From: an uncultured Gammaproteobacteria bacterium
GTDB lineage: Bacteria; Patescibacteriota; Patescibacteriia; Magasanikbacterales; GWA2-37-8
DNA length: 64,000 bases
Direction of reading: 5' to 3'
Assembly (NCBI GenBank): GCA_964478235.1
Contig: CAYZGX010000001.1
Coordinates: 42,984 to 106,983, forward strand
Shown one piece after another: positions 46,199 through 55,308 of the stretch. The notes under the pieces are model-generated. The model saw only the letters and a list, made by a program, of their open reading frames with translations. It was not told where the DNA came from and ran no database searches. Numbering within the stretch: position 1 is the stretch's first letter; each line of letters opens with the position of its first letter. The position numbers and the translations under genes were made by a program.

Positions 46199-47736
46199 AC
46201 CACAGCGCGTTTTTTGGATGAAACATTAAACCCTAAATACCGACCAGTCATCAAATGAGTAACCGCATCAAGACATGGCAAAGCCGAAAAGAACAAGAGC
46301 GACACTGGCACCAAAATCCATTGCAAAGCCATAAACGCATACATGTGTTTTGGGTGATGATCGGGGCGAGGTGGCAACAAGAGCATGCTCATAATAGTTG
46401 AGATGAGGAGACCGACCATAGAAAGCGTCATCAAAAACTGGAGCACTTGCGGAGTGTTAAAAAAAAGTGCGCTCTGACGGACATCAGTGTTCGCCACCCA
46501 GAGCGGCAGCCGACCAAGCAAAGTCACAATCACTGTCACGACAGCCCAGCTCCACTTCCCTTCCCATTCATGAAACAACATCACCGCTTTTTTAAAACGC
46601 GACATGTTTGGATGCAAACGATATTGCCATAATAAATACGGAATATTTTCCGTTCCCCACGCCCAACGACGTTGTTGCAAATACAAATTTTTTAAACTCT
46701 TTAATGTACTATCATCGCGCACCGTGTCCATTGAGACAGGAATATACAAAGGTGTCACTTCATAATCACCTTCATACTTAAGCCAGCACTGAAAAAAAAT
46801 CCGCGAATCTTCGCTCACCACATCTTTGGAGTGACCACCAACATCGAGTGCCGCTTTAAAACTCATACTATGCGACGAAAAGGTCACCAAATGCTCTAGG
46901 CGAGCCAAGCTAAACAACATCCAAAACGACGTACCAAAAGCCATAATTCGAAGCACTGCCGGCGAATCCCAAATATTATTATTGTAAAGAGTGATCGGCT
47001 GAAACGAACTGCGCTCTGGGCGAGGGTGCGAACAATACATGAAATTAAGGTGCGCAAAATATTCCGGATGCACGACAGTATCCACATCAAAAACTGAGAT
47101 AACAACATTTTCATAGCGCCAACCTTTTTTGTCAGCATAATCTTTGAACTGCCACTCCGCCGAATGAATATTGGAACCTTTGCCTGGAATCTCACCTGGC
47201 AAACCAGCTGGATGGGTATAACACAATACTTCGGCAAATACCTGTCCATACACAGCTTGAATCTTTTTTTGTAAGGCTCCCCAATGTTCAGCTTTGCGCT
47301 CTTCACCAGAAATAACAATATACATTTTTTTAGCTGGATACGACGAAGCTTTGATCGCATCAAGAGTGGTTTGCACCACTTCCCACGATTCGTTATACAC
47401 CGGCAAAAAAACAACATTAATTTTTTCCTCCCACTTCGGAAAAGACGTTGTCAGCTTTTCAAACCACCGCTCACGAATAGACAATCTAAAACGATTCCAC
47501 GAAACGATAACGTAAAAAGAAAAATAGAGTACACGAAGCACCCAATAGACATCAAAAATAATCACCGCATACATCATGGCGAGCGGTGATATAAAACTAA
47601 AGACAATACCGAGAATAATCGTGAGCCAAATCGATAATCCTGGAGCTATCTCATACCAGCGGTATCGTTGATAATCAGACAACATAAGGTTATTTTTTGC
47701 CAATTGAAGCTTCGGCACTGTAAATCGCTGTCGCAT
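46195..47736 (-). CDS. Processive family-2 glycosyltransferase (cellulose/chitin-synthase-like) with flanking TMs
   Basis: VFLPVYNES (DxD region), FDVDTVVHPEY, and LQQRRWAWG which is the QxxRW processivity motif. TM helices at both ends. Confidence 0.8.
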   Translation of the reverse strand: MRQRFTVPKLQLAKNNLMLSDYQRYRWYEIAPGLSIWLTIILGIVFSFISPLAMMYAVIIFDVYWVLRVLYFSFYVIVSWNRFRLSIRERWFEKLTTSFPKWEEKINVVFLPVYNESWEVVQTTLDAIKASSYPAKKMYIVISGEERKAEHWGALQKKIQAVYGQVFAEVLCYTHPAGLPGEIPGKGSNIHSAEWQFKDYADKKGWRYENVVISVFDVDTVVHPEYFAHLNFMYCSHPRPERSSFQPITLYNNNIWDSPAVLRIMAFGTSFWMLFSLARLEHLVTFSSHSMSFKAALDVGGHSKDVVSEDSRIFFQCWLKYEGDYEVTPLYIPVSMDTVRDDSTLKSLKNLYLQQRRWAWGTENIPYLLWQYRLHPNMSRFKKAVMLFHEWEGKWSWAVVTVIVTLLGRLPLWVANTDVRQSALFFNTPQVLQFLMTLSMVGLLISTIMSMLLLPPRPDHHPKHMYAFMALQWILVPVSLLFFSALPCLDAVTHLMTGRYLGFNVSSKKRAVV

Positions 47737-48070
47737 ACTGCCCGATTGGTGTTTCAGCTATTGTTTGAACAATAGTGGTGAAATCAACATCAACCACCGC
47801 GACCACCGGAATATGGCGCACGTACGCCAAAGTATTAGCGACCGTCACTGCTACGCGAGTAGCGGTGAAACGCCCTTTTCCTACTCGAATAGCTAAACCT
47901 TCCACCACCTCAAGCGTCACCGATCTGTCGCGAAGCGCTTCGTCAATTGCTCGAAGAAGTGCGTCTTCTTCGGTACCTGTATAACGAAAAGCTTGCCACT
48001 CATCCTCGGCCGAAGTGTATAGTACAATTTCATCAACCGCCGTATTATCAATAACAAGATACATACACAT
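47690..48070 (-). CDS. tsaB: tRNA t6A complex subunit TsaB-like (short form)
   Basis: MYLVIDNTAVDEIVLYT N-terminus resembles the YeaZ/TsaB start (LAIDTST...). 124-126 aa. Confidence 0.55.
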   Translation of the reverse strand: MCMYLVIDNTAVDEIVLYTSAEDEWQAFRYTGTEEDALLRAIDEALRDRSVTLEVVEGLAIRVGKGRFTATRVAVTVANTLAYVRHIPVVAVVDVDFTTIVQTIAETPIGQYATAIYSAEASIGKK

Positions 48071-48073
48071 CTA

Positions 48074-48673
48074 TTAATGAACCGACTCAAACCGATTAAC
48101 CACCATAATGTGTTTCGCTTCAAAAATGCTATAGAGGAAACGGTCGCCAATCTCTCGACGATCACGGAACTCTCGCTCATCCATCAAGGTGTAGCGCACC
48201 GCTTTACCCATATCTTCTTCGTAGGTCTGAATAATTTTGGCGATAATCGTTGGTTTAAGAGCGCCGACAATCAGCATATCAGTGTCTACGTCAGACTCTT
48301 GGGTGAAATGACCGGTTAGGAGAAGTAGGGCAACGTCACCAGCTTTTTCCTTAACTTCGTTCACCAGCGCCTGCTCTTCCATAACTTCAGCTTTCATAAG
48401 CAGAGCCTTAAGCTCACTATACAGCATCGCTTTAGTGTTCAACTTATAATATTTAGAGCGATCAGTACCTAGGTCACGGTTGGGTACGTCAGCTTGCGGC
48501 ACCTGCACCAGAAGGCCCGCCAGCTCTAAATGGGCAATTTCACGTCGAACAGCATTAAGCTGGGTCTCGATAAGACGAGCCAACTCACGGACATAAAAAG
48601 GTTGCTCAGGATGACGAAAAAACGTCTTCATGAGCTTAACGCGGGTCTTTGAACCAAAAAAGTGCTCAAGCAT
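48074..48673 (-). CDS. Winged-HTH domain protein with C-terminal nucleotidyltransferase-like region (putative regulator)
   Basis: MLEHFFGSKTRVKLMKTFF...YVRELARLI wHTH start. Acidic C-terminal domain. Confidence 0.5.
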   Translation of the reverse strand: MLEHFFGSKTRVKLMKTFFRHPEQPFYVRELARLIETQLNAVRREIAHLELAGLLVQVPQADVPNRDLGTDRSKYYKLNTKAMLYSELKALLMKAEVMEEQALVNEVKEKAGDVALLLLTGHFTQESDVDTDMLIVGALKPTIIAKIIQTYEEDMGKAVRYTLMDEREFRDRREIGDRFLYSIFEAKHIMVVNRFESVH

Positions 48674-48745
48674 AGGTATAGTTTCTGTAGACTTTGGAAT
48701 TGAGCTGTAGTATACTACTCGGGAGTACGTCTCGTCAAAGCGTTT

Positions 48746-51046
48746 ATGGATAGAATTTTACGGCTTAACGAATTCTTCGTTGAAGGCGGGAAGCAGGACA
48801 TTTCACATGTGCTCTTGCACATTACCGAACCATCGACCCCTGAAGAAATGCATAAAGGGTATTTTTTTGCTATTGCCGAAATAAATCAAGCCGAAACCAA
48901 GTACATTACTCGCCTCCAAGAACTTATTGACCAAGCTGAAAACGACTACTACGAACTTCCCGATGTTCCTGGTGCTGAAGCGCTTGAACAGGTGCTCAAA
49001 AAAATGAACCAAGAAGCGCTCGGTCTAGCCAAAGCCAATATCACCATGAGCTGTATCGTGGGTGCGATTCGCGATCCAGAAATCTCCTTCACCTACTACG
49101 GAGAGCCTCACATGTTACTTTTTTATAAGAATCGCGAGGGGGTCTACCAAAAAATGGACCTTATTCACTCCCCCGACGATGAGTCTGAGAGTGAACCAAC
49201 TCAACTTTTTTCTCAAATTATCCAAGGAAAAATTAGCCCAAACGACTTTTTGTTCGCCGGTACTCCGCATATTAGCGAGTTCTTTAGCCACGACCGTCTT
49301 CAGAAAATTATCACCAGTCGCCCGGCCGCTCAAAGCACCAAACACATTGAACGTGTTTTATCTGAAATAAAAAATGGCTTTTCTTTTGGCGGCCTCCTCA
49401 TGCATATCGACCGCTCCGACTCTGGCCCTATCCCTATCAAAAAGCCAACACCAATGGTCAAAGGCGCTTCTTCTAAATCCCTTCATTCTCTTTTTGATCG
49501 CGAGCGTACCACCACCAACACCCTCTCCACTTCGCTGTTCCCAGGTCTCAACGATCGAATGAAGCGATTGTTTTCATCACACGACGACGCACCAGCTGAA
49601 CCTGTCGATGAACAGCCACTCGAACCGGCTGTCCGACCAGCTGAAATCAACTCAGCCCACATTTCTCATCGCCAAAACCAAACCCCTCCCCCACCAAGCC
49701 GTCTCAAAAAAGAACCAACCACCAAAAAATTGGCGACAGCTCTCGATTTTAGCCTAGACCTTATCAAAGTCATTGGCCGAATTATCTGGGCAATTATTTT
49801 TACCGCCTACAGCTTGGTCTACAGCCTTATTCGCAATTTTATTCTTGTCATTTTCGCCGCCTTTAACTACCAAAAACGCCGCCAAGGCATCGTTGAAGAC
49901 TGGCGTCGTCAATGGCGTAGTTATCGAGAAAATGTTCGCAATCTCCCGCTCCTCACCAAAGTCCTCCTCGTCATCTCCGCTCTCGTAATCATCGCTTTTG
50001 TCGTCGGTATCTCATTTGTTCGAATGAAACAAGAAGAAACCGCTCGTCAAAAAGCTTTTGAAACCAGTATTCAACTTATTCGAGCCAAAAAAGATTCTAT
50101 TGAGAGCGCGCTTATCTACAAAGACGAGCGAGCTGCTTTGAACGAGCTCGCGAGCGCCAAGGAAATTATTGCCAATCTTCCGTGTGTCACCAAAGAAGAC
50201 AAAGTCACCTGCGCCACCCTCACTCGCGATATTGAGGAAATGGCCACACGTATCAACCGCATCGTCAGCGCCACCACCGAACAGCTCTACACCTGGCCGA
50301 GCGACACCACGCTCACCAACTTGGTAAAAATCGGCACCAAACTTATCGCCTTCTCCGACACCACCTCAACCCTCTTTGTTTTTGACCTACTCAACAAAGA
50401 AACCAAAATCATTCCAACCCTCCCAAACATTACCGGTTTTGAAAAAGCTAGCGTACCAAAAGAAAATGACTACGCGCTTTTCTTATATGACAAAAAGAGT
50501 ATCCTCTCCTTCAACCCAGAAGATGCTTCTGTCAAAATTTTAGACATTGCCTACAGTAGCCCGAAAGTTGCGATCACCGACATCACCGTATACAACCGTC
50601 GTCTCTACAGCTTAGATGCCGAGAATAGCCAAATTTATCGCCACGACAGCACCAAAAACGGTTTTGGCCAAGGTAAAGAATGGATAAAAGATGGCACCCC
50701 GATCAAAGATGGTGAAGAACTCACTATCGACGGCGATATGTTTGTCCTTCAACGCGGCAAACTCGTCAAATTTACGAGTGGCGTTTCCCAGCCATTTGAT
50801 ATCCCAAGTCTTAATCAAGATATTGCGAGTGGCGCGAGTATCTGGTCATACACCGACCTAAGCTACCTCTATATTCTTGATTCCGGCAACAGACGCCTTG
50901 TCATCCTCAACAAAGACGGTACGCTCAAAGAGCAACTCGCTTCATCAGTCTTCGCCAACCCGCTCGGTCTCGTCGTTGATCCAACTGCTAATCTAGCCTA
51001 CGCCATCGACAACAACCGCCTGCTAAAAATTACACTGCCTCAATAA
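48746..51046 (+). CDS. Large membrane protein: cytoplasmic N-domain, central TM hairpin, extracytoplasmic beta-propeller-like C-domain (hypothetical)
   Basis: 766 aa. TMs near residues 340-420. C-terminal repeats (YLYILDSGNRRLVILNKDGT, LAYAIDNNRLLKI) resemble NHL/YVTN blades. Confidence 0.6.
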   Translation: MDRILRLNEFFVEGGKQDISHVLLHITEPSTPEEMHKGYFFAIAEINQAETKYITRLQELIDQAENDYYELPDVPGAEALEQVLKKMNQEALGLAKANITMSCIVGAIRDPEISFTYYGEPHMLLFYKNREGVYQKMDLIHSPDDESESEPTQLFSQIIQGKISPNDFLFAGTPHISEFFSHDRLQKIITSRPAAQSTKHIERVLSEIKNGFSFGGLLMHIDRSDSGPIPIKKPTPMVKGASSKSLHSLFDRERTTTNTLSTSLFPGLNDRMKRLFSSHDDAPAEPVDEQPLEPAVRPAEINSAHISHRQNQTPPPPSRLKKEPTTKKLATALDFSLDLIKVIGRIIWAIIFTAYSLVYSLIRNFILVIFAAFNYQKRRQGIVEDWRRQWRSYRENVRNLPLLTKVLLVISALVIIAFVVGISFVRMKQEETARQKAFETSIQLIRAKKDSIESALIYKDERAALNELASAKEIIANLPCVTKEDKVTCATLTRDIEEMATRINRIVSATTEQLYTWPSDTTLTNLVKIGTKLIAFSDTTSTLFVFDLLNKETKIIPTLPNITGFEKASVPKENDYALFLYDKKSILSFNPEDASVKILDIAYSSPKVAITDITVYNRRLYSLDAENSQIYRHDSTKNGFGQGKEWIKDGTPIKDGEELTIDGDMFVLQRGKLVKFTSGVSQPFDIPSLNQDIASGASIWSYTDLSYLYILDSGNRRLVILNKDGTLKEQLASSVFANPLGLVVDPTANLAYAIDNNRLLKITLPQ

Positions 51047-51078
51047 AAAAACCGGCGCACTAGGCAGCCGGTTTTTTG
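51044..51078. terminator. Bidirectional terminator between the 766-aa gene and rplL
   Basis: AAAAAAACCGGCGCActaggcaGCCGGTTTTTTG. Confidence 0.75.
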
Positions 51079-51093
51079 TTTCTCTGAAAAAGA

Positions 51094-51471
51094 TTATTTC
51101 AAGGTAACTTTTGCACCTGCTTCTTCAAGCTTCTTCTTCATAGCTTCAGCGTCATCTTTCTTTACGCCTTCTTTAACTGCTTTAGGAGCACCGTCTACAA
51201 CAGCTTTAGCATCAGCCAAGCCAAGACCAGTGATTTCTTTTACAGCTTTGATAACGTTGATTTTGTTAGCGCCTGCTTCTGTGAGCTCAACAGTGAATTC
51301 TGTTTTCTCTTCAGCTGCTGCACCTGCGCCACCTGCTGGAGCTGCCATCATCATAGCTGGAGCTGCTGCAGATACGCCGAATTTTTCTTCCATTGCTTTA
51401 ACCAATTCTGCAAGTTCGAGAACGGTCAATTGTTCAACAGAGGAAATGATTGTTTGGAGTTTGTCACTCAT
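51094..51471 (-). CDS. rplL: 50S ribosomal protein L7/L12
   Basis: [33 protein letters not shown]...KVTLK. Confidence 0.95.
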   Translation of the reverse strand: MSDKLQTIISSVEQLTVLELAELVKAMEEKFGVSAAAPAMMMAAPAGGAGAAAEEKTEFTVELTEAGANKINVIKAVKEITGLGLADAKAVVDGAPKAVKEGVKKDDAEAMKKKLEEAGAKVTLK

Positions 51472-51486
51472 ATAGGTAAAAAATTA

Positions 51487-52008
51487 TTAAGCTTTCTTTT
51501 CTTTATACGCAGTAAGTACGTTGAGAAGGCTGCGAACAACACCGGCATTAACTCGGACAAAGCCAGAGATAGGGGCGCTGAGCGAACCAACCATCTTGGA
51601 GAGAAGTTCGTGCTTGGTAGGCAAAGCCGAAAGTGCTTTAACCATACTTGCGTCAACGAATTTGTTTTCCAAAATACCACCGAAAATTTTCACGACTTCA
51701 TTTTTCTTCGCAAAGGTTTGCACGACACGAGCCGGCGCAACTTCATCAAGAGAAATAAATGTAGCGATACCACCGTTGAAAGTGGACGTATCGATACCAG
51801 TGAGACCAGCTTGTTCAAGCGCGCGCTGTACCAAAGTTTTCTTGGCAGCGAGCACAGTCACACCTTCTTTACGTGCTTCACGACGGAGATTTTCAGTTTG
51901 AGCTACAGTCAAGCCTTGGAAGTTGGCGAAGACTACGCCTTTAGCGTTCTTCAAGTCAGCGACCAACGCGTCGATAGTAGCTAATTTTTGTTGTTTTGAT
52001 TTAGGCAT
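51487..52008 (-). CDS. rplJ: 50S ribosomal protein L10
   Basis: MPKSKQQKLATIDALVADLKNAKGVVFANFQGLTV...; start at the internal Met (cat 52006-52008). Confidence 0.9.
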   Translation of the reverse strand: MPKSKQQKLATIDALVADLKNAKGVVFANFQGLTVAQTENLRREARKEGVTVLAAKKTLVQRALEQAGLTGIDTSTFNGGIATFISLDEVAPARVVQTFAKKNEVVKIFGGILENKFVDASMVKALSALPTKHELLSKMVGSLSAPISGFVRVNAGVVRSLLNVLTAYKEKKA

Positions 52009-52240
52009 ACGAATATATTTTTTTACTGTCGAGAGTAAGCTCCCAAGCAATAAAAAAATCTGTGTTATGCCACAGACTAGAATTCCACGTAATCTCGACC
52101 TGAGTGTGCCATTCCTCTAATGAGGAAAAAACACGGGCGATTACCTCGGTAGGATATTTAAGAGAGCCTTGCGAGCTCCCACCTACTGTCTATGGTGTAG
52201 ACACATACTACTAAAAAGACCGGGCTTTGTCAAGACGACT
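52009..52240 (-). promoter_or_regulatory. rplJ promoter and long 5' leader (candidate L10 autoregulatory leader)
   Basis: Minus-strand TTGACA-17-TAGTAT promoter near 52207-52240, about 185 nt upstream of the rplJ ATG. Bacterial rplJ leaders commonly carry the L10(L12)4 binding structure. Confidence 0.35.
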
Positions 52241-52302
52241 ACTTAACTCCGGATAAAAAGCTATTTTTTGGCTAAAATATAAGGAAATAATGCCTGTATA
52301 CC

Positions 52303-52331
52303 TTGACAAAAGGCTGTTTTTGTGGTATACT
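52303..52331 (+). promoter_or_regulatory. Consensus sigma70-type promoter for the small His-rich membrane protein
   Basis: TTGACA, 17-nt spacer, TATACT. Confidence 0.6.
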
Positions 52332-52399
52332 GGTTTGTTCCGTACTTGGAACCTTTTTCACCCCCTACCACGCGCCTCTAGGCGCCTCGAGGCCAACCC

Positions 52400-52726
52400 A
52401 TGACCGGGTCACTCGTACTGGCAGTCAGCTTGTTCAAGCAGTTGTTCGACACAGTCGGCACAATCGTGAGCACCGCCCTGACAAGCATCGTGATTATCGC
52501 ATTTGTAGTGTCAGTGGTATTTGCTCTCTGGGTATGGAACATCATGAAGCACACCATGGCGAGCGCTCGAATGCAGCCATGGGAAAAGAAGTACCCGCCC
52601 CACGACCACAAGCACGAAGATCATGGTCATGGTGACGACGGTCACCACGGCGAACACTCTAGCAAGAAGAAGAAAGACAAGAAGGAAGCCAAGTCCCACG
52701 ACAACGAACATAAAGTCCACCACTAA
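52400..52726 (+). CDS. Small membrane protein with His-rich C-terminal tail
   Basis: Two hydrophobic helices, then PHDHKHEDHGHGDDGHHGEH and a Lys-rich tail. Moderately elevated GC. Confidence 0.6.
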   Translation: MTGSLVLAVSLFKQLFDTVGTIVSTALTSIVIIAFVVSVVFALWVWNIMKHTMASARMQPWEKKYPPHDHKHEDHGHGDDGHHGEHSSKKKKDKKEAKSHDNEHKVHH

Positions 52727-52775
52727 CGTATCATTTCACTGACGGCGACCCCGTCGAGGAGGTGTACAAAGAAGA

Positions 52776-52865
52776 CCCCCGCGCTCAACTGAGCCGGGGG
52801 TCGTACTATTTTTATACACATTACTGAACTAAAAAGAGCTACTCCTAACGAGTAGCTCTTTTTGT
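52776..52865. terminator. Pair of terminator hairpins between the convergent His-rich gene and the high-GC orphan gene
   Basis: GACCCCCGcgctcaactgagcCGGGGGTC, then AAAAAGAGCTACTCctaacGAGTAGCTCTTTTT. Confidence 0.7.
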
Positions 52866-53040
52866 ATCTTCTCACTCCAACACACTTTTGTGTTACAGAG
52901 AAAAGACAGTGCGGAGGGGGGCGGTTGAGACCCCACTCCGCGTATGACTAGCACGGCGACTGCCATCGCCATGCAGTATCACACCCCTGAACTCACCAGG
53001 GCTCTGTCAGCGTCACCAGGACGCTGGTTCGTTCCGCTCG

Positions 53041-53583
53041 CTAGGCCTGGGCCTGCGGGCTGTCGACGAAGGCCATGAAGGCCTCGAGGCCGTTCACGAA
53101 CATGTTGTAGCGGGCGTTGACCTGCTCGTCCTGCGCCCACTCGACGTAGGACTTGCGCTCGTTCGCCTTGCGGAACGCGAGCGAGGCGTCGTACTTGTCG
53201 CCGGTGATGCTCTCGAGCCCGCGGGAGAAGTTGCCGACGCGCACGTGCGTGTCGACGATCTGGGCGATGCCCGCCTTCTCGCGGTTGTTGATCTTGCCGG
53301 CGAGGATGATGTTCATGACCTCGCGCTGGCCCACTTCGGTCGAGATGTCCATGCCGCGCTTCCCGCCGATGTAGGCGATCGCCGGCTCGATGGCGCCGAT
53401 CAGCGCGTACGACTTCTGCGAGCGCGGGTCGTTCTCGATGTCCTTCGGGTTCACCTTCTTCGCGTTCTTCGGGTCGAACTTGTTGCCCGTCGCACCGGCC
53501 GTCATCGCGAGGACCGCGAGGACGAGGGTGGAGGGGTTGGCGTGGATCTTGCCGACGATGCTGGACTTGTTGGTACCGGACAT
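53041..53583 (-). CDS. Hypothetical 180-aa protein, very high GC (likely horizontally acquired)
   Basis: Clean ORF with an AAGAGG SD. A sampled 60-nt stretch is about 65% GC against 45-48% in the flanks. Terminators lie on both sides. No family recognised. Confidence 0.55.
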   Translation of the reverse strand: MSGTNKSSIVGKIHANPSTLVLAVLAMTAGATGNKFDPKNAKKVNPKDIENDPRSQKSYALIGAIEPAIAYIGGKRGMDISTEVGQREVMNIILAGKINNREKAGIAQIVDTHVRVGNFSRGLESITGDKYDASLAFRKANERKSYVEWAQDEQVNARYNMFVNGLEAFMAFVDSPQAQA

Positions 53584-53905
53584 GGAAACCTCTTCTTCCG
53601 CTGGAACCTGGCCGAAAATCGGCTCAGTTGTCGAACTGCGCTTGGCGCAGGCGGAACTTCGACAAAGATGTGGAATATCAAAAGGCCTGAATTAAAGCCG
53701 TCTCATATCCCACATCTTTATCCTTGTATATAAGGGTGTGATACATTGTCAAAGAAACTATTTCCGAATACTTTTAGCTTAGATAAGCCAAAAGAGATAT
53801 CACGAAAAACAGTAAGCATGAGTATACACGAGTTTTAGAGCTCTGTCAAGAATCCCTCGAATACAACAAAAAAATCACTGCTTATACAGTGATTTTCTGT
53901 CTTTC

Positions 53906-54598
53906 TTAGCAAATTATCGTTCCCGGAAAATCATTTCCTCCAATCGCCTTCCCCACTGCTGACAAGTCGCTCCCTTTAACAAACCCGACTTTCAATTTTA
54001 ATTTTTCCGCCATTTTTGACGCTACTGGATCAAACGGCACATTGGCTCCCGGATTCCAGACATTACCAACAATTTTTCTAAATTCTTTCCAACCAATCTG
54101 CTCGATCTTAGTCGCTGACGGATCTTTGGCTGGGTCGGCGGTATAGACGTAATCAATATTGGACAAATTAAACAACTCACGGACACCATAAGTACGCGCC
54201 AAAAGCACCGCATCAGTATCAGTTGAGCAGCCCGGTTTCCAACCACAAGCCACGATAATTGGTTTAGTTGTTTTAATTTTCTTCGTTGGATTGACAACCA
54301 CTTCATGATGAGCCAAACCTTTGAACATATACCGTACCAACTCAGCATTAAGCCGGGTAACAGCAATGCCGACATAATCCAAATCTTCTTTATCAACTAT
54401 ACCAATACTTTTTGCTCCCGCCTGATACTGTCGAGCAGTTGCCCCACCACCAATTACCAAAATAAATTTTTTACCCTTCTTAACTTCTTTGACGATAAGC
54501 GTCCGAAATGAACGCAAAAAATCCGGATCAAATCCGGTTTTAGGAATCACGATAGAGCCGCCAACTGAAAGAATAGTGTACCCGGTCTTCATACGCAC
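53906..54598 (-). CDS. pyrH: Amino-acid-kinase-fold UMP kinase (archaeal-type PyrH-like)
   Basis: ILSVGGSIV, VIGGGATARQY (compare archaeal PyrH GGGSTARRY). About 228 aa. Confidence 0.7.
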   Translation of the reverse strand: MRMKTGYTILSVGGSIVIPKTGFDPDFLRSFRTLIVKEVKKGKKFILVIGGGATARQYQAGAKSIGIVDKEDLDYVGIAVTRLNAELVRYMFKGLAHHEVVVNPTKKIKTTKPIIVACGWKPGCSTDTDAVLLARTYGVRELFNLSNIDYVYTADPAKDPSATKIEQIGWKEFRKIVGNVWNPGANVPFDPVASKMAEKLKLKVGFVKGSDLSAVGKAIGGNDFPGTIIC

Positions 54599-54757
54599 AT
54601 TACCAAGATTTTTTTAAAAACGAGGGCTGTTTTTTGTTAATCTTTGTATTCATTCGTCGCTTAAAAGCCTCTGGTCGATTAGCGATCCAGCGATGTGGTG
54701 TTCCGTAACCGACCTTACCTTTATTTGCCCGAGCTGACGAATGATTTTTCACACTGA

Positions 54758-55105
54758 TTATTTTCTATCACTTCGAAGCAAGCTAGCAATAAGCCAGTTG
54801 CAGAGCCACATCAACATAGCGCCCCAAAACGCTGGCCAAAAACCGGCGACACCAAATCCTTTTACTAAGGTGGAAGCGAACCAAAACATCAGCGCGTTAA
54901 TAACTAGCGTAAACAAACCAAGGGTGATGACATTAAACGGCAACGTCAAAACTAAGATAATTGGACGAATAAGCGCGTTAACCAAACCGAGCACTAAAGC
55001 CGCTACCAAAGCAGCATACAGATTAGTGACGGAAATACCTGGAACATAATAAGCGATCGCAATGAGCGCTAAAGCTGACAACAGCCAGCGGAGAAGTAGA
55101 GACAT
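54758..55105 (-). CDS. Small 4-TM membrane protein (DUF360/phage-holin-4-like family)
   Basis: 115 aa, four TM helices, GFWPAFWGAMLMWL. Confidence 0.6.
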   Translation of the reverse strand: MSLLLRWLLSALALIAIAYYVPGISVTNLYAALVAALVLGLVNALIRPIILVLTLPFNVITLGLFTLVINALMFWFASTLVKGFGVAGFWPAFWGAMLMWLCNWLIASLLRSDRK

Positions 55106-55110
55106 AGATA

Positions 55111-55308
55111 TTATTCGTTACTAAGTTGTTTAAGTTCTTTGACTTTAAGCTCAACACTGCCCAAATACTGCTTCAATTCTTTTACAATGACAATTCCCTC
55201 TTCAAATTTTTTGATCCCTTCTTCTAAGTCAATATTTTCCTGCTCAAACCAAGCAACGATTTTTTCAAGCTCGGCATACTGTTTGGTGAAATCTACTTTT
55301 TTGGTCAT
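55111..55308 (-). CDS. xseB: Exodeoxyribonuclease VII small subunit
   Basis: FEQENIDLEEGIKKFEEGI... 65 aa. Confidence 0.9.
   Translation of the reverse strand: MTKKVDFTKQYAELEKIVAWFEQENIDLEEGIKKFEEGIVIVKELKQYLGSVELKVKELKQLSNE

Noticed and set aside
52303-52635. 110-aa ORF overlapping the small His-rich membrane protein gene
   Set aside because: The 'start' lies within the promoter -35 box and the frame cuts across the better-supported 52400..52726 ORF. GC-driven artefact.
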